Shown: positions 1-15,373 of the stretch, piece after piece
Layout: each line of letters begins with the position of its first letter
Numbering within the stretch: position 1 is the first letter of the stretch
Assembly (NCBI GenBank): GCA_964016885.1
Contig: OZ024740.1
Span: forward strand, 156,736,001-156,800,000
Length of the DNA: 64,000 nucleotides
Direction of reading: 5' to 3'
DNA from: Eledone cirrhosa
Lineage: Eukaryota
Position numbers and translations under genes: made by a program
Notes under the pieces: model-generated
Databases searched by the model: none
Seen by the model: only the letters and a program-made list of their open reading frames with translations
What the model was told of the DNA's origin: nothing

Positions 1-131
1 TATTTATCGACCCCTAAATATGAAAGGCAAAGCTAACCTCGGCGGCATTTGAACCCAGAAAGTAAAGGGTCACAACTCTATACTGCAAAGCATGGTGTCT
101 GATGCACTACCGATATTGCCAATTCACCCCT
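1..131 (-). mobile_element. tRNA-derived SINE, family 1 (cut by window edge)
   Basis: Reverse complement matches the SINE consensus seen about 20 times in the window: A-box-like TGGCAGTATCGG, B-box GAGTTCAAATCC, body GCCTTTCATCCTTACGGGGTCGATAAAATAAAGTACCAG. Confidence 0.85.
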
Positions 132-134
132 TAA

Positions 135-324
135 TAATTGTTTCTACTTTTGGCACAAGGTCAGCAATTAACCAGTGTATTACTGGTACTTTATTTTATC
201 GACCCCGTAAGGATGAAAAGCAAAATTAACCTCGGCGGGATTTGAACTCAGAATGGCAAGGGCCGTAACTCTATGCGTCAAAGCATGGCGTCCGACCCTC
301 TACAGATACTGCCAATTCACCGCC
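135..324 (-). mobile_element. tRNA-derived SINE, family 1, full length, tandem with the previous copy
   Basis: Full match from the GGCGGTGAATTGGCAG head to the GTAGAAACAATT tail on the minus strand. Confidence 0.9.
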
Positions 325-539
325 ATAATAGTAATCATAGTAATAATGCTTTCTTTATTAACCACAAGAGTTTACACAAAGTAGACATTAAGGACAGTAC
401 AGGACAATACTGGATGGTACAAATGGGCATTTCTGCGTATATAAAAATAAAAAGCAGAGGATGTAATAATAGAACAATGAAAAAATTCCCCAGTAGGGGG
501 GAGACTTCCGAGGGACATTGGTGGAGAAAGCCCATTAAA

Positions 540-3015
540 AAGCCACAGTAACCCTGACCACCAGGGCAAGTGCCCTCTCCCAGTTGTCCACCTTTAATTT
601 ACAGACACATACTCAGGCCATTCTTGCCTCTCTCACCCATCTTTCAACAAAATGCTGGGAAGAGAGCACTTCCCTCTCTACCCTGATTTTCCTTTTCAAA
701 TGAAATTTGAAAAAGTTAATCAGGGCATCACCGAAGAGGTAAGTGCTCGTCTCCAGCCCTTTCAAACGTGTCCACCATACTATCTATTTCGCCATGGCCA
801 CCAGACAGATAAAAACTGCCTGCCTTTCCCGGCTAAAGGAAGAGGGCGGGGTAATCCTCACGATGGACTCAGCTGATAGCTGGATCCGTCCTACATGCCA
901 CCGCTTCGTATTCTCTTAGTGTAGTGCCGATCGCCTCGATGTGTTTGGCGTTCGACACCATTACGGTGACATCGTCCGCATATGCTGACACGGAACTTCC
1001 GCATCCTAGTTCGCGCGGGAAACACTCAACGTCTCCAGTTTGTGCAGTGATGGCTCGAGAGTCAATACGTACAAGAGGGACGAGAGGGGACATCCTTGGC
1101 GGACCGAGCGCATGATGTTGAACGGTTCTGAAAGGTGACCGTTCACTCTCACCACAGAGCAGATGTCGCTGTGCATGACAGCGATCCAGCCTCTGAAGAC
1201 GGGCCAAAAGCCAGCCGCTAGGTAACGATGGTCGACCCTATCGAAAGATTTCGACTGATCTAAATTGATCAAGGACCCACATGTGCCAGGTTCGCTAGCT
1301 ACCCTCACTACGATGTATCGCATGATGTGGAGGTTGTCGTCGATGGATCTGTCGGGAATGGCGCATGTCTGCGCCTCTCCCACCAGACCACCAACGACAA
1401 GCGCCAACCTCTTTGCTAGCACCTTGGCCAAAATCTTGAACTCTGTGTTTAGCAGAGTTATGGGCCTGAAATTATCTATGTTATCCCCCTTGTTCGGATC
1501 CTTTCTCGGCAGTGCCACAGCTCCTCGGCTCACAGAGCTGGGATTTCTCCCGTTATGTTGCCAGTTGCAGTAGACGTCCGCCAAGAGGCCTCCGAACAAG
1601 TCTGGCATCTGTACGTAAAGTTCATAGGGCAGACCATCCAAACCAGGCGATTTACCCCTTGTGCAGCCAGTCATTGTCTCCCGTACTTCAGCGGCTGTTA
1701 TCGGCTTTTCGCAACACTCCGCCTCATGGGCGCGAGCCGCGGCAGTCCGTCGAGGTAGACACTAAAGTCCATCCCTCGATCTGGCCCGCCGCTGCCCCCG
1801 AACAGCTGTGCGAAGTATCGCTGAAAAGCTTCACACATTTGCCCGGGATCGAGTAACATCCGCCCGTCGTGGTCCACCAAAGACCGGATCGTGGCTTTGT
1901 TGCCACGACGCGCCTCCGCCACTCGGGCCCATTGAACGGCTTTCGTCCCCTCGTGTCTGAGAGCACGGAACCTAGCTCTGACTACGCAACCTTCGTGCTT
2001 GGCATTGAAAAATTGGTCAAGGGCCAATTTCGCTGCAAGTACGTCGGTCGCGATGCCTTTGCTAAGCGTCAAGTCTAATTTTCTAACTAGTTCTCCCTCT
2101 GTTCTATTTTTCTAAAATATTGCTAAAGCCTTACTAAACCTAATGGACTCTATTCTAATCGCTCTTTTCAGAGAAAACCACCACTTGTTGTTGACGATGG
2201 CCCCCGTCAACGCACGCTTAACTAGTTCGCTAATCCGGTCTCTGTAGGTCTTGCGCTCTGGTAAGGACGCGTTAAGCTTCCAGTAGCCGGGTCCTCGTCT
2301 ATGAAGCCTATCTAAGTCAAGCACACAGATCACGAATTTGTGGTCCGTGTAGCTGACTATCCTGAATTGTGGACAGCATATGCTAGACCTATCTATTTCC
2401 CTACAAAATACTCTATCTAGATATGATCTGGATGACCCTATGCGATTTGTCCAAGTCCACCTTGGCACATTCGGGAAATCCAATCAGTACCTGTCAGACA
2501 GTTCAAAACCCCTGAGCAGGTTGGTGTGCTCTTGCACCCTCCTCCCCTATCCGCTAATCCCACACAGTCCCAGCGTGCATCTACGATCCCGTTCCAGTCG
2601 CCCACTAACACTAAAGAGCGGGACGTTCCAAGAAAGGTCTCCAGACGCCGGAAGAAATCAGGCCGCCCTGCTCCTCTCGGAGCATAGACGGCCACTAGCC
2701 TGAAAGCTTTCCCGTCTCCGCTTGTCACGTCCAGCACCACCAACGTACCCTCTGGGTCCAGGAAGATGGCCCGTATGGCGAGATCCAAACCTCTCCGAAA
2801 AAGCACAGCAACCCCCCCCCCCCCGATCCAGGACGGCTGGGAGAATCGTTCACATCGTAGCCGCCGAAGATCGGTGCGAAGGCCCGTGCTTCGGAGATTC
2901 TTGTCTCGCTGATGGCCACTACATCTATGTTTAGTGACCTGAGGTCGTTGAGCAGGTGACTCTCCTTCCATGACGAGCCACGCGCATTTATGCTGCCTAT
3001 TCTGAGTGAGGCCAT
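540..3015 (-). pseudogene. Tx1 ORF2 remnant (APE endonuclease + reverse transcriptase), frameshifted and internally deleted
   Basis: APE motifs SINARG, VVAISETR, LVAVYAP, LVGDWN, SYLDRVF, YTDHKFV, GPGYWKLN. RT motifs KSPGLDGLP, NFRPITLLNTEFKILAK, LDQSKSFDRVDH, SVRQGCPLS, AYADDVT. Split over several frames. Confidence 0.9.
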
Positions 3016-3054
3016 GTTGAAATGGAGTGGAAAAGATGGGAAAAACCACTTACC

Positions 3055-4700
3055 TTACTTCTCGTAGAGGAAGGATGGTTTCTACATCCTTTTCACTGCT
3101 TCTGGCCTCCTCCGGAAGGATGTCCTTATAAATCCGCCTGGAGAGTGCTTGTCGGAAGTCTCAGATGTCTTTGGTGAATTTTTGTTTTAGTGTCGTGTAC
3201 GTTTTCTGTGTGATGCGAGTTATTTGTATGTGTGGAGGTGGTGTGAACTTTTGGGTTGTTGTGTAGTCTTTTTCTGTGATGCTGGTGTTGTGTTGGATGT
3301 AGTGTAATAATTGGTTGTTGTTCAAATTTATTGCTGTGTAGTGTGTATCGTTTTGGTTGTTTTGTTTTGTTTGCGTTTGTTGTGGGTTTGTTTCTGTTTC
3401 GATTTTTGGTGACTTTTGTGGTGTTGGTGATGGTGGTGTTGGGGTTAATGATGGTGATGGTGTTGGTGTTTGTGGTGATGGGGTTGGTGATGCTGGTGTG
3501 GATGGTGGCATAGCTGTCCTAACTTTTTTGTTTGATAGTTTCTTTGTTTCCCTCTGTATTTTGTTTTTGGAGAGAGAAGGAAAGGGATTTTTTTTTATTT
3601 GGTTTCTTTTTCTTTTTTCTTTTTTCCTGATACCGTTTCCCACTCCTCGTCGTCACAATCTGTCTCCAGTGCGATAGGTCGGGGAGTGGAAACTCCTCCA
3701 CAGGCATTGGTTTTGGTTGTGGCTTGGTGGACGGTGTAGGCGCTGGTGCTAGTTCTGGCGCATTGGGTGGTGGTGTTGGTTTTGCTACTGTTGCTGGGGT
3801 TGTTGCTGTTACAGTTGCTTCTGTTGTTGCTGCCATTTCTGCTGCTGGTGGTGTTGATTGTTGAGTCACTGGGGTGTGTAAGAGAGGTGGCCTCAACCTT
3901 TTAGCCTGAGGGCAGAAAGCCCTTAGGTGTGTTCCTTCACCACAAACGACACACCTAGGCCTTCTGCCCTCGACGATTACAGTGAGGTGGCTGCCGTCAG
4001 TGAGGTCTATTACCTCTGGGATCTCCTCAATGCTTTTTTGGTCCGCTTGGATCAGGAGCTCCATCCCAGATCCGGACCACTTCTCCTGCTTTTCTTTCGC
4101 TATTTCGATTATCTTGGTGTTGGCTTCAATGCCGGCGAGGACGGCAGCCATTACCAGGGAATTTCGATGGCCGGTGGAACGTGGGTCACCCTGATCTTCA
4201 TGAGTCTCTGGCCACAATAGCTTGGGACGAGTGTGAAGTCGTCACTTCTTAATGGGGCCATGGAGTGTTCTCTGGCCTCCTGTGGTGTTTCAAAGAACAC
4301 GTTCACGGTTCCATATTTCTGCTCACGCCTGATGTGTTTTTTTTTTGCCCACACATGTCCCAAAGCTTTTTGGATTTGGGACTCGTATGCCCGTTCCACT
4401 CGGCGCGATTTTATGTTAATCGTCCGATAAGACACGGTGCATAGACGCCGATGCTCCATTTTATTAGGTGGGAGGGTGAGTCTGACCCCGTACCCATCTT
4501 TCTTTACCATTTTTTCGGCTTCTTCTAATTCCTCCTGAGTTACCTGGAATGCTTCGCACGTTTTTGCTACTCTGGCAAAAGACAGGGTTTACTTATTCTC
4601 ATTGTTGCTGTTGTTGTTATCGTTATTTTTGTTATTGTTAATTTTAGTTTCAGTTGTGGTGGTAGTGGCGTCAGTGGTGTTCGGTGTGGAAGAGTTCATT
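3055..4700 (-). pseudogene. Tx1 ORF1 remnant (nucleic-acid-binding protein with CCHC knuckle)
   Basis: CVVCGEGTHLRAFC is a CX2CX4HX4C knuckle, followed by a Pro/Thr-rich tail. ORF fragments 4151-4510, 3519-4217 and 3161-3643 are joined by frameshifts. Boundaries are approximate. Confidence 0.75.
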
Positions 4701-5207
4701 TTGGCTGAATTCGTTTCGATATCACGAGATAATCTTTTTTTTCTTTTCTTTCTGTTGTCGCTGTGGTGTGGGTGGGAGTGGCGGCTTCAACACCTTCAGT
4801 CATTGGTAATGGCGGGAAATGCATGTCTGCCTGAGACAAATTTAAAATATTGCTACTGCTTATATTTTTAGTGTTGGCAAACGTAGTAATATTTACAATG
4901 GTGGTGTCGGTGTGAGGTGTTAGTTTGTGAGGAAGGCTCTCAGCTACTGGGTTCAGCTGTGAGTCGGCGATGATTTTTCAAAGAAATTTTTTTTGTTTGA
5001 TAATTATAAAAGTTTAAATTTTGGGCTCAAGGCCCCAATCTTTTTGAGTGTCCTTTTCAGAAAACAATGTATGTGCACTTATATACAATTAACAATAAAA
5101 ACTTTTCATAAATGGCAATTTTAAATAACTGAAAATAACAAACCTTTGCGGAGCTCACGATAATACGATTTACTACGTAGGTCGCCAATAATAATAATAA
5201 TAATAAT

Positions 5208-8170
5208 GTGGTAAATTGTTTACTTTGCATAGGTGCCAGTGGATTACCCTGCCCATCACATCATGTCTCCAGCCTTTATAGTGACTCTGGGCTAGGTGTT
5301 TATACTCGGATACAATGTGAGCCACAGTGTCTTCTCTCTCTCCACAGATCCCACACAGTGGGCTAGCTTCCTCCTTGTAAATATGGTGTTTCAGCCACTT
5401 CGTATTGGGGGCCTGCTCTTGCGCAGCCATTAGCATTCCTTCTGTAGCCTTTTAAAGGTCTCCTCTTTTCAACCAGTTCCATGTCTGTGGTTCTCTGAAT
5501 TCAATTTTCTCAAAGAAGGTACTATGAAGGGATTTTTCATGAAGGCTGCTCTTTTTCCTTGTTGTTATTCCCTCCTTGGACATCCCCTGGTCTATTATCC
5601 TATCCTTCAGTACAATTCTGAGCATTGGCTCCCCACTATCAGTCACGTATTTGTGTAGGTTGTTTTTATCCATCTCAACACAGTTCTCTATATTGATGAG
5701 ACCTCTTCCCCCTTCAGATCTCCTTAAGTAGAGTCTATCGACATCACTCCTCTAGTGGAACATGTTGTAGATAGTCAATAGCTTCCTAGTCTTCCTATCC
5801 ATTTCTTTTTGTTCAGCAACATTCCATCTCAGAATTCATCTGAGTCACCAGCCTCCAGAACACCTAAATATTTGTATCCTTCTTCAGTGTCAATTTTCTT
5901 TATCATCTCACCTGTTGGTACCTGGATTCCGTTGCTTCTGCTCAATTTACACCCTCTTCATCACAAGGACTCCACACTTACTAATACCAAATTGCATACA
6001 TATATCATTGCTGAAAATACGGACAGTGTCAACAAGCACATCCAACTCCTTCTCACTCTTCCCAAAGAGCTTAAGATCGTCCATGATGAGAAGGTGATTG
6101 ATGGTAAGCTCTCCCTTCCCCAACTTGTATCCTGCTCTCACTTTTCGCAGTATAATGGTCAGGGGCATCAGGGCAAGGACAAACAACAGAGGGGACACAC
6201 TATCTCCTTGGAAGATACCTCTCTTGATCTTCACGCCTCCCAAGGATTCTCCACCCGATGTTAACTCTGTTTTCCAGGACTTCATACTTTTGCCCAACAA
6301 CTGTCTGATGTTATCTGCCACCTTGAAGATCTCTAAGCTTTTGGTGATCCAAGAATGAGGCACCATGTCAAATGCCTTTTTGTAGTCTATCCATCCCATG
6401 GCAAGACCAGTGTGTCTCCTCTTGCAATTCCTCATTACCATCTTATCAATAAGTAACTGGTCCTTTGTACCACGTGATTTCTTTCGGCATCCTTTCTGTT
6501 CGTCCGGTAACAAGTTGTTTGTGTGGAGGTGATGGTAGATTTCCTCAGATATAATGCTTGTCAACAGTTTCCACATTACGGACAGACATGTGATCGGTCT
6601 ATAGTTGGTAACATCATTACCCTTGATTCGGTCTTTCATTATCAGAACTGTGGTAACTCTTGTCAACCACTCTGGTACCTCACTTGATATCAAGCAGTCA
6701 TTGAACATGGTTGTCAGTTTCGGGTGGAGGGATGTTATATTTTTAATCCAATACCCCTGCACACCATCTGGGCCTGGTGATTTCCAGTTGGTTAGTTATT
6801 TGGCCTGCCCCTTAAGAGTTTCAACTGTGATACTCAAATCAGTTTGTTGGTGTGCTTGTTCACTAATCTCCTGTTGTACTGTCTCAATCCACACTGCCTG
6901 ATCATTATGTTTAACATGCTGCTCCCATATTCTTCTCCAGAATGTCTTAGTTTGTTCCGCCTCAGGGATCAAGTCGTTGCCTCTTTCTTTCCCTTCAAGC
7001 TGTCCAAACAACATCTTCTGGTTGTTGTCAAACATGCGGTTCTGTCTATACTGACTGACTCTGCTCTCGTATCGCCTAATCTTTGCACTCTTTGCTACAA
7101 TGCGTTGCTTCAGTTTCTCTATGATAATATTTAGCTTTTTCCTCCTAATTTTGTACTTTATTTCCAGTCTATTTATAGTGTCTATGTTTTTTAGTGTCCC
7201 AATAAGTAGGGACTCAAGCTTTCCAATGTCATTTCTCATTTCCCTGATTTGACCATTCAGTCGTTTCTTCCACAAAGGTTCTGATCTTTCTTGTTTGTTG
7301 TTTCCTCTCACTTTTATGCCAAGTAATCTCCTCACCGCATTTACAGTTGCTTTGAGGATATTGTTGCACTGGTGAAGGCTCCTCGCCTCAAGGTATGGGA
7401 TGACTTTGTTTACCTTAGCTGTTGTTTCTTTTAACTTTTTCCTGTCTACAAATCTTAGGTTCATAGGTTTCCCACTATCATTGTTCATTTCATCTACCAC
7501 TAAGTTTAGGATATCAACCAAATCTTGTCCTAGCCCGTCAGCATTCATTTCCTCAATGGCCGTATCTTTGTTCCAGGTATTATTTATTTCAGCATTCAGA
7601 TCATTGTCTGCTTCGCATGGTTCCTCCGTTCTCTCAACCTCTTCACCTTCATTTCCCACTGGCTCGTTTGCCTGGCATACTCCACTCTCCATTTCCAACC
7701 TAATATTTCTGTTCAGTTCCTTCAGTTCCAGCTCGCTTATCCACCCATTAGTTCTTATTATCCGAGCCTGCCCGGCCAATTTTTGTTCATCTAATTTAAA
7801 TAGACCAATCTCGTTCCAGATGTTATGCATCCGTTTCCTATAGCCCTTTTCCTTGGGGTTACTCTTCAGGTAACATTGCATAACAGTTCTATTCAATTCT
7901 TTCGTCCAGTTGGTTCTGGTCCCTTTCCTTCTTCTTCTTCCCCCAACACCAGCAGTATTTGGATGACAGCCAGGTCCCTGCTGCTGAGCCAGAGAGCACC
8001 TGCTGGGTGAGAGTCTGTCACCTGACATTCTAGTCTCCATTTCACCGTTATTCGAACTGTTTAGTTTCGACATTTAAGCACTCATATCGAGGATTGGTGA
8101 ATGTATCGTTACATAACTACCGGTGATTTAATCACCCTCGGTGATTTTAGCGTGGCACAAAAACGCTGTA
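5208..8170 (-). mobile_element. R4/Dong-clade non-LTR retrotransposon, 3'-truncated before the restriction-like endonuclease
   Basis: Single long decayed ORF: N-terminal WTKELNRTVMQCY...GYRKRM...EQKLAGQARII; RT motifs NWKSPGPDG, NYRPITCL, WIDYKKAFDMVPH, RGIFQGDSVSPLLF, HLLIMDDLKL, YKYLG; then CGICG...HIVSE and RHD. Stop at 6796 and a frameshift near 5945. The 5' boundary is approximate. Confidence 0.85.
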
Positions 8171-8588
8171 GACGAACATAAATAAACAAACAAACAAATA
8201 GATAAAAACCTAAAAGAAACAAAAATAAACATAAGTTTCATTGTAATGTTTGAATGTCTGATTTAGTTTTTTTTCTTTTCATTTTTTGATTGTTTGTTTT
8301 TCTCCTTTGCGTTGAATAGTAAACATAGAAAAGACTTACAGGAAAGATGTGAACCACATCTAGAAAGACTCAACAACAAAGATAATAGCAACGACTAGAT
8401 GGTCCCATGAAAATTCCATGGTTGTTGAGAAGTAAGACAATCATTACTTTGACATATATTTGTACAATAACACAATTTTATTCAAAATCTATTAAATTAG
8501 TTTCCTCAACACCTAATAATTACAATCATTACAGTGTTATATCGTTATAATTATCTTATTATACTACATAGTGAATCATTAACTATCA

Positions 8589-9076
8589 CTAGCAGAAAAA
8601 CCACCCTTAGGGTGGTTTTCTGCTGGCCTGTGTGGTGTGCATATTGATATTATACGCAAGTATATATGCATGTAGATATGATACATCAAATAAAATCGTA
8701 ATTGACAATATACACAGAAATTGAACGAAGACTGCGTTACACTGTCTTATGTAATCAGTAACGAAATCCATGATACATTAAAAAAAGACGATATTATATA
8801 TAAACTGCATTAGGAGAAAATTAGTGACGGAAATATATGAATGTTTATTGAAGCGATCACTAACCGCAAGTGTAGACATTTGAAATATTTAAAGAAGTAA
8901 ATCTTAAAATAAGCGACAAAATTATTTATATTTAATCAAGAATAACGAAATTTAGTAGATAAATTATGTAATATTCATTCATTATTTATTCAAAGCAATC
9001 CAACTCATTGTACAAATGGGATAAAAAAATAAATTCTGGACGCTGTCCCGCACTCCTCCCTTTATTATAGTTTAGA
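8589..9076 (-). mobile_element. Non-autonomous Helitron (~490 bp)
   Basis: Minus strand starts TC (TCTAAACTATAATAAA) and ends CTAG. It is inserted between A and T with no TSD, and has a subterminal hairpin CCACCCT-N-AGGGTGG at 8601-8615. Confidence 0.75.
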
Positions 9077-9246
9077 TTGTCAACATTTATACCATTAACT
9101 TAATCCTTCTTTACATCCATTGTATTCAGAGATAGTTCTTCCTCTTTTTTATTCTTATTAGTACTAACATGAGTTAGCAAATACAAAATATAACTGTTTA
9201 TGAGTGAATACTGGTCTGGTAATTACAACATTATCTTATTAAATAT

Positions 9247-9378
9247 TACGGCCCTTCCCATTCTGAGTTCAAATCCCGCCGAGGTTAACTTTGCCTTTCA
9301 TCCTTACGGGGTCGATAAAATAAAGTAGCAGTAATACACTGTGTAATTGCTGGCCTTGTGCCTAACGTAGAAACAATT
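9247..9378 (+). mobile_element. SINE family 1, 5'-truncated
   Basis: Matches consensus from the B-box to the GTAGAAACAATT tail. Flank duplication ATTACAACATTATCTTATTAAAT. Confidence 0.85.
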
Positions 9379-9596
9379 AAATATTACAACATTATCTTAT
9401 TAAATGTTTGAAGATGAACTTTATTAATTGTCATTATATAAACTAATTAAATATTAAAACCTCGGATTAACAGATGAGAGTCATTTGTTTTAAAGCGCAT
9501 ACGTTGAATATTTGACGTGTAATAAAACATTTCAACAGATTTTGTTTTTCTCTCATTACTACAATCGACAGCCCCATCACTTTAATAGCTTCTGCA

Positions 9597-11568
<1,972 letters not shown>

Positions 11569-11572
11569 TATG

Positions 11573-11677
<105 letters not shown>

Positions 11678-11702
11678 GTATATATATATATATATATATA
11701 TA

Positions 11703-12025
11703 GTTAAAAGAATAGAGGTGTAACACACAAGTTATTATATATTGGTAAACGGAATAGAAAATGCTGACAAATTGTTCACAGTTGAAAAATGGTTTAATTA
11801 GGAATAAAAGATTATTAGTGATTGTATGGGTTAGTATTCAGTTGTGGTTTTAAGTTTTTAAGTTTTTACCGATTGCGCATTTCTAAATGCTTTTCAAAAA
11901 TAATTTTGAGATAGAGTGTCCGTGTTGTTTGCTCTGATCTGATTAGTTTTGGGAATTCTACCTGTTTTTATGTTAAAAAAGTGGCTCCAGCGTTACTTTG
12001 GTGTTGCAAAAATTCTTGTGGTCAA
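11703..12025 (-). repeat. Third copy of the terminal segment found at 15975-16300 and, inverted, at 18340-18628
   Basis: Near-identical GTTAAAAGAATAGAGGTGTAACACAC...CTTGTGGTCAAA, starting directly after (TA)n in both direct copies. Confidence 0.85.
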
Positions 12026-12121
12026 ATAAAAAAAAAAATCTGCACGCACATACAGAACCCCCGCAACGCCTGTACCCGCACGCATACGAATGTATACACC
12101 AAATACACATACAAATATATA

Positions 12122-12165
<44 letters not shown>

Positions 12166-12412
12166 ACGTGTATACATATAATTAATCAAACGTATATAAA
12201 TAATAAATACGTATATAACAAGCGCACACACATACCTACATATAAATACACATATGTTCGGAGACCTACGTCAACCAAAACACAAAGTACACATCTACAC
12301 ACATCCTACATACGTACGAACCCGCATACACACACATACGCAAAACTCCAGTATACACGTAACGAAAGCACATGTGTAGCAGAATATATAATATATATAC
12401 ATATATATATAT

Positions 12413-12498
<86 letters not shown>

Positions 12499-12541
12499 CA
12501 GAATATATAATATATATATATACATATATATATGTACCAGA

Positions 12542-12604
<63 letters not shown>

Positions 12605-12608
12605 CAGA

Positions 12609-12666
<58 letters not shown>

Positions 12667-12699
12667 TAAGATCAAAAGATGGTTAAAAGAGTGCCATAT

Positions 12700-12768
12700 A
12701 TTTTATTATGCGCATTTCAAAAACAAATATCATCATGCGATGACATTTGCGTTTTCATCAGATAAAAT
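12700..12768 (-). ncRNA. Type I hammerhead ribozyme motif
   Basis: Minus strand: TTTTAT-CTGATGA-long stem II (AAATGTCATC/GATGATATTT)-GAAA-TGCGCA-TA-ATAAAA. Confidence 0.75.
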
Positions 12769-12864
12769 AGGGAGACATAATATGAAGGTTAAAAAACACT
12801 TGTGAATAGTGCAGTTTTAAATCAACATATGCTTTATTGTACTACAATAAAACTCACCTCCTAC

Positions 12865-12896
<32 letters not shown>

Positions 12897-13231
12897 TATA
12901 TAGAAAGTGATGGGGATGTAGATGTGGATATTGGTTAATTGTGGTGGTCTTGATGATTATGATTGTAGTAAGGAAAGAAAAATACAATCTCTAAAAATAT
13001 TTTATTAAACGTCAATTATTCAACATATGGTGTTTAAAACAAATGAGTCATCTGTTAATCTAAGCCTCCATCAGACAACTGAAGAGAGGACTGTCCCTTA
13101 TTTTTGCTTTCCTTTTATTTCTAAATACACTTTATCAAGTAACAACACAACCCCTTGTTTCATCTAAACTTTTATTAATTTTTTGCTGTGACATTCTTTC
13201 TCTTCCTTTTACTTGTTATTATTAACTCTTT

Positions 13232-13414
13232 CGTGGATTGGCAGTATCGGCAGAGGGTCGGACGCCATGCTTTCCAGCATAGTTACGCCCCTTTACGATT
13301 TGAGTTCAAATCCCGCCGAGGTTGACTTTGCCTTTCATCCTTACGGGGTCGATAAAATAAAGTACCAGTAATGCACTGGGTAATTGCTGGCCTTGTGCCT
13401 AAATCAGAAACAAT
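13232..13414 (+). mobile_element. SINE family 1 with TSD ATTATTAACTCTTTC
   Basis: Consensus match with a duplicated flank. Confidence 0.9.
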
Positions 13415-14397
13415 TATTAACTCTTTCTCTATCTTTCTTTCTCTCCCTCTCTCTCCCTCTTACTTATCCCTCTTTCTCTCCGCTCCCTTACTACTTCCGT
13501 TTTGTCTCGTCTCTGCCTCTTTTCGCCTACTCCCACCGATGACAGACTTGTTTTTCTTCGCTCTCCGTATCTAGCCGGGTGGCGAAGAACAACATTACAC
13601 AAGACATTCAGCCTGGTGCATCTATGTCTTCCGTTCTAAGAAAGTTGGCTAGCTGGACAGGCTTTTGTGGCTTCCCAGCTGCTGACTTTCAGCTGTTGGA
13701 GCCATGTTGTAGTTAGAGACAGCATTTTGCAACAATATATATGTTCATATATGTATGTGTGATTGCATGTCAGTAGTGTTCCCTTTCTTTTACCTCTCAA
13801 CATTAACACTTCCCACCTGATAAACACGTGTTTTCTTCCATTCGAATCAAAATAAACAGATAAGATAACGATGATGATGGTGATGACAATAACAACAACG
13901 ACAACAATAATAAATAAATATATAAATAAATATAGAATACTTCCAAAAGCCATCATTTTTTGGAACCTCAAGTTTCCTTCGTGGGGTTCTTGAAGCATGA
14001 ACAGTAAACAAAAGTCACATTAATCTGTTAGTTGTGGACAGCTGACCCTTCCTATCTTCAGCACAATTATGTTTTTTTTTAAAATAATAATAATTACATT
14101 ATTAATAACAATAATTGTAATAATATGGTGATGATGATAATGCATCAGAAGATTGAAGACAAGGAACATGTATAAAAGCAATTGTCCGTTCTCTACGCAC
14201 AATTCTAGAAATATTGCAGGTGTAAATTCTAATTTAGGTTGAAATCCCAAATTACTTCACAGCAGTTATAGGAAATTTATTTAAGCTGGTTTAATGAATA
14301 TGTTTTCGTGAATAGCAAATATCGAATTAATTAATTCTTCTCTTGCAATTTTTTTCAGTGACAAATAATGATATTTATGAGTGTATATGAGCGCGCG

Positions 14398-14495
<98 letters not shown>

Positions 14496-14582
14496 CGTAT
14501 GTGGTTGACGGCTGAGAGAAAAGAGTACTGAATACCGAAGTAGAGATTTAATATTCATATTATAAAGACTAAATTGTGAGTC

Positions 14583-14628
14583 TTTTTACTCTGGGGTTTC
14601 GCCTGTTTATCACAGGGTCATCAGAAAC
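14583..14628 (-). ncRNA. Type I hammerhead-like motif in a PLE-type 3' end (14492-~15010) abutting (TA)n
   Basis: Minus strand: TTT-CTGATGA-C-CCTG/CAGG-C-GAAA-CCCCAGAG-TA-AAA. Stems I and III are weak. Confidence 0.55.
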
Positions 14629-15108
14629 GAACTAACGTTTCAATAGCAGCTACAGTATAAATAAAAAAGAAGACTCTGGTGGGGGTGGGGGACTTAATTG
14701 AGGAGGAGTAATTACGGGTGGTTAGGCTGGTGGTGGCAGTGGGGGGAGGATAGAACAATGTGAAGAGGACGACAATGGAGAAATGTGTTAGTACTTTCAA
14801 TTAAATCGTGAGGAACTACATTCGGTATGGCGAGGTCAGATGATGTTTGTATGATTTTGTCTCATTCATTTTTATTTTCTCCATTTTCTTCCTTTGTTCC
14901 TCTCTCCCGATCACTTCTCCAGGCCAACATACTTCTATCCACTGATTTCTCTCCTTTGAAGTAAGACTTTATCCGACACCGTCATTGACGGCATTTGGGT
15001 GTTTTAGCAGCTATCCTTGCGTTGAGTTTTTCTCATTATTCTTATAAATATACGTATATAAATACTCTATAAATATACATATATCCACACGTATAAATAT
15101 ATTCATAC

Positions 15109-15178
<70 letters not shown>

Positions 15179-15302
15179 AAACATACTCATACGTGTATAT
15201 ATATATATATATAATATGCATATGAGTATGTTTGTACTTGTGGACATATGTATATATATACATATACATACATACATACATACATTCATACATATATATA
15301 TA

Positions 15303-15373
<71 letters not shown>

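Larger units (their letters stand above)
348..5186 (-). mobile_element. Tx1/L1-clade non-LTR retrotransposon, near full length, decayed
   Basis: ORF1 with a zinc knuckle followed by ORF2 with APE endonuclease and RT. The 3' end reads AATAAAGAAAGC. Both flanks are (AAT)n-like (325-347 and 5187-5207). Confidence 0.85.

Noticed and set aside
8095-8175. Possible HDV-like ribozyme at the R4 5' end (hairpins AATCACC/GGTGATT and AGCGT/ACGCT)
   Set aside because: I could not assemble the nested double pseudoknot.
12375-12617. CRISPR-like spacing of a repeated motif
   Set aside because: The spacers are just (TA)n, there are no cas genes and the context is eukaryotic.
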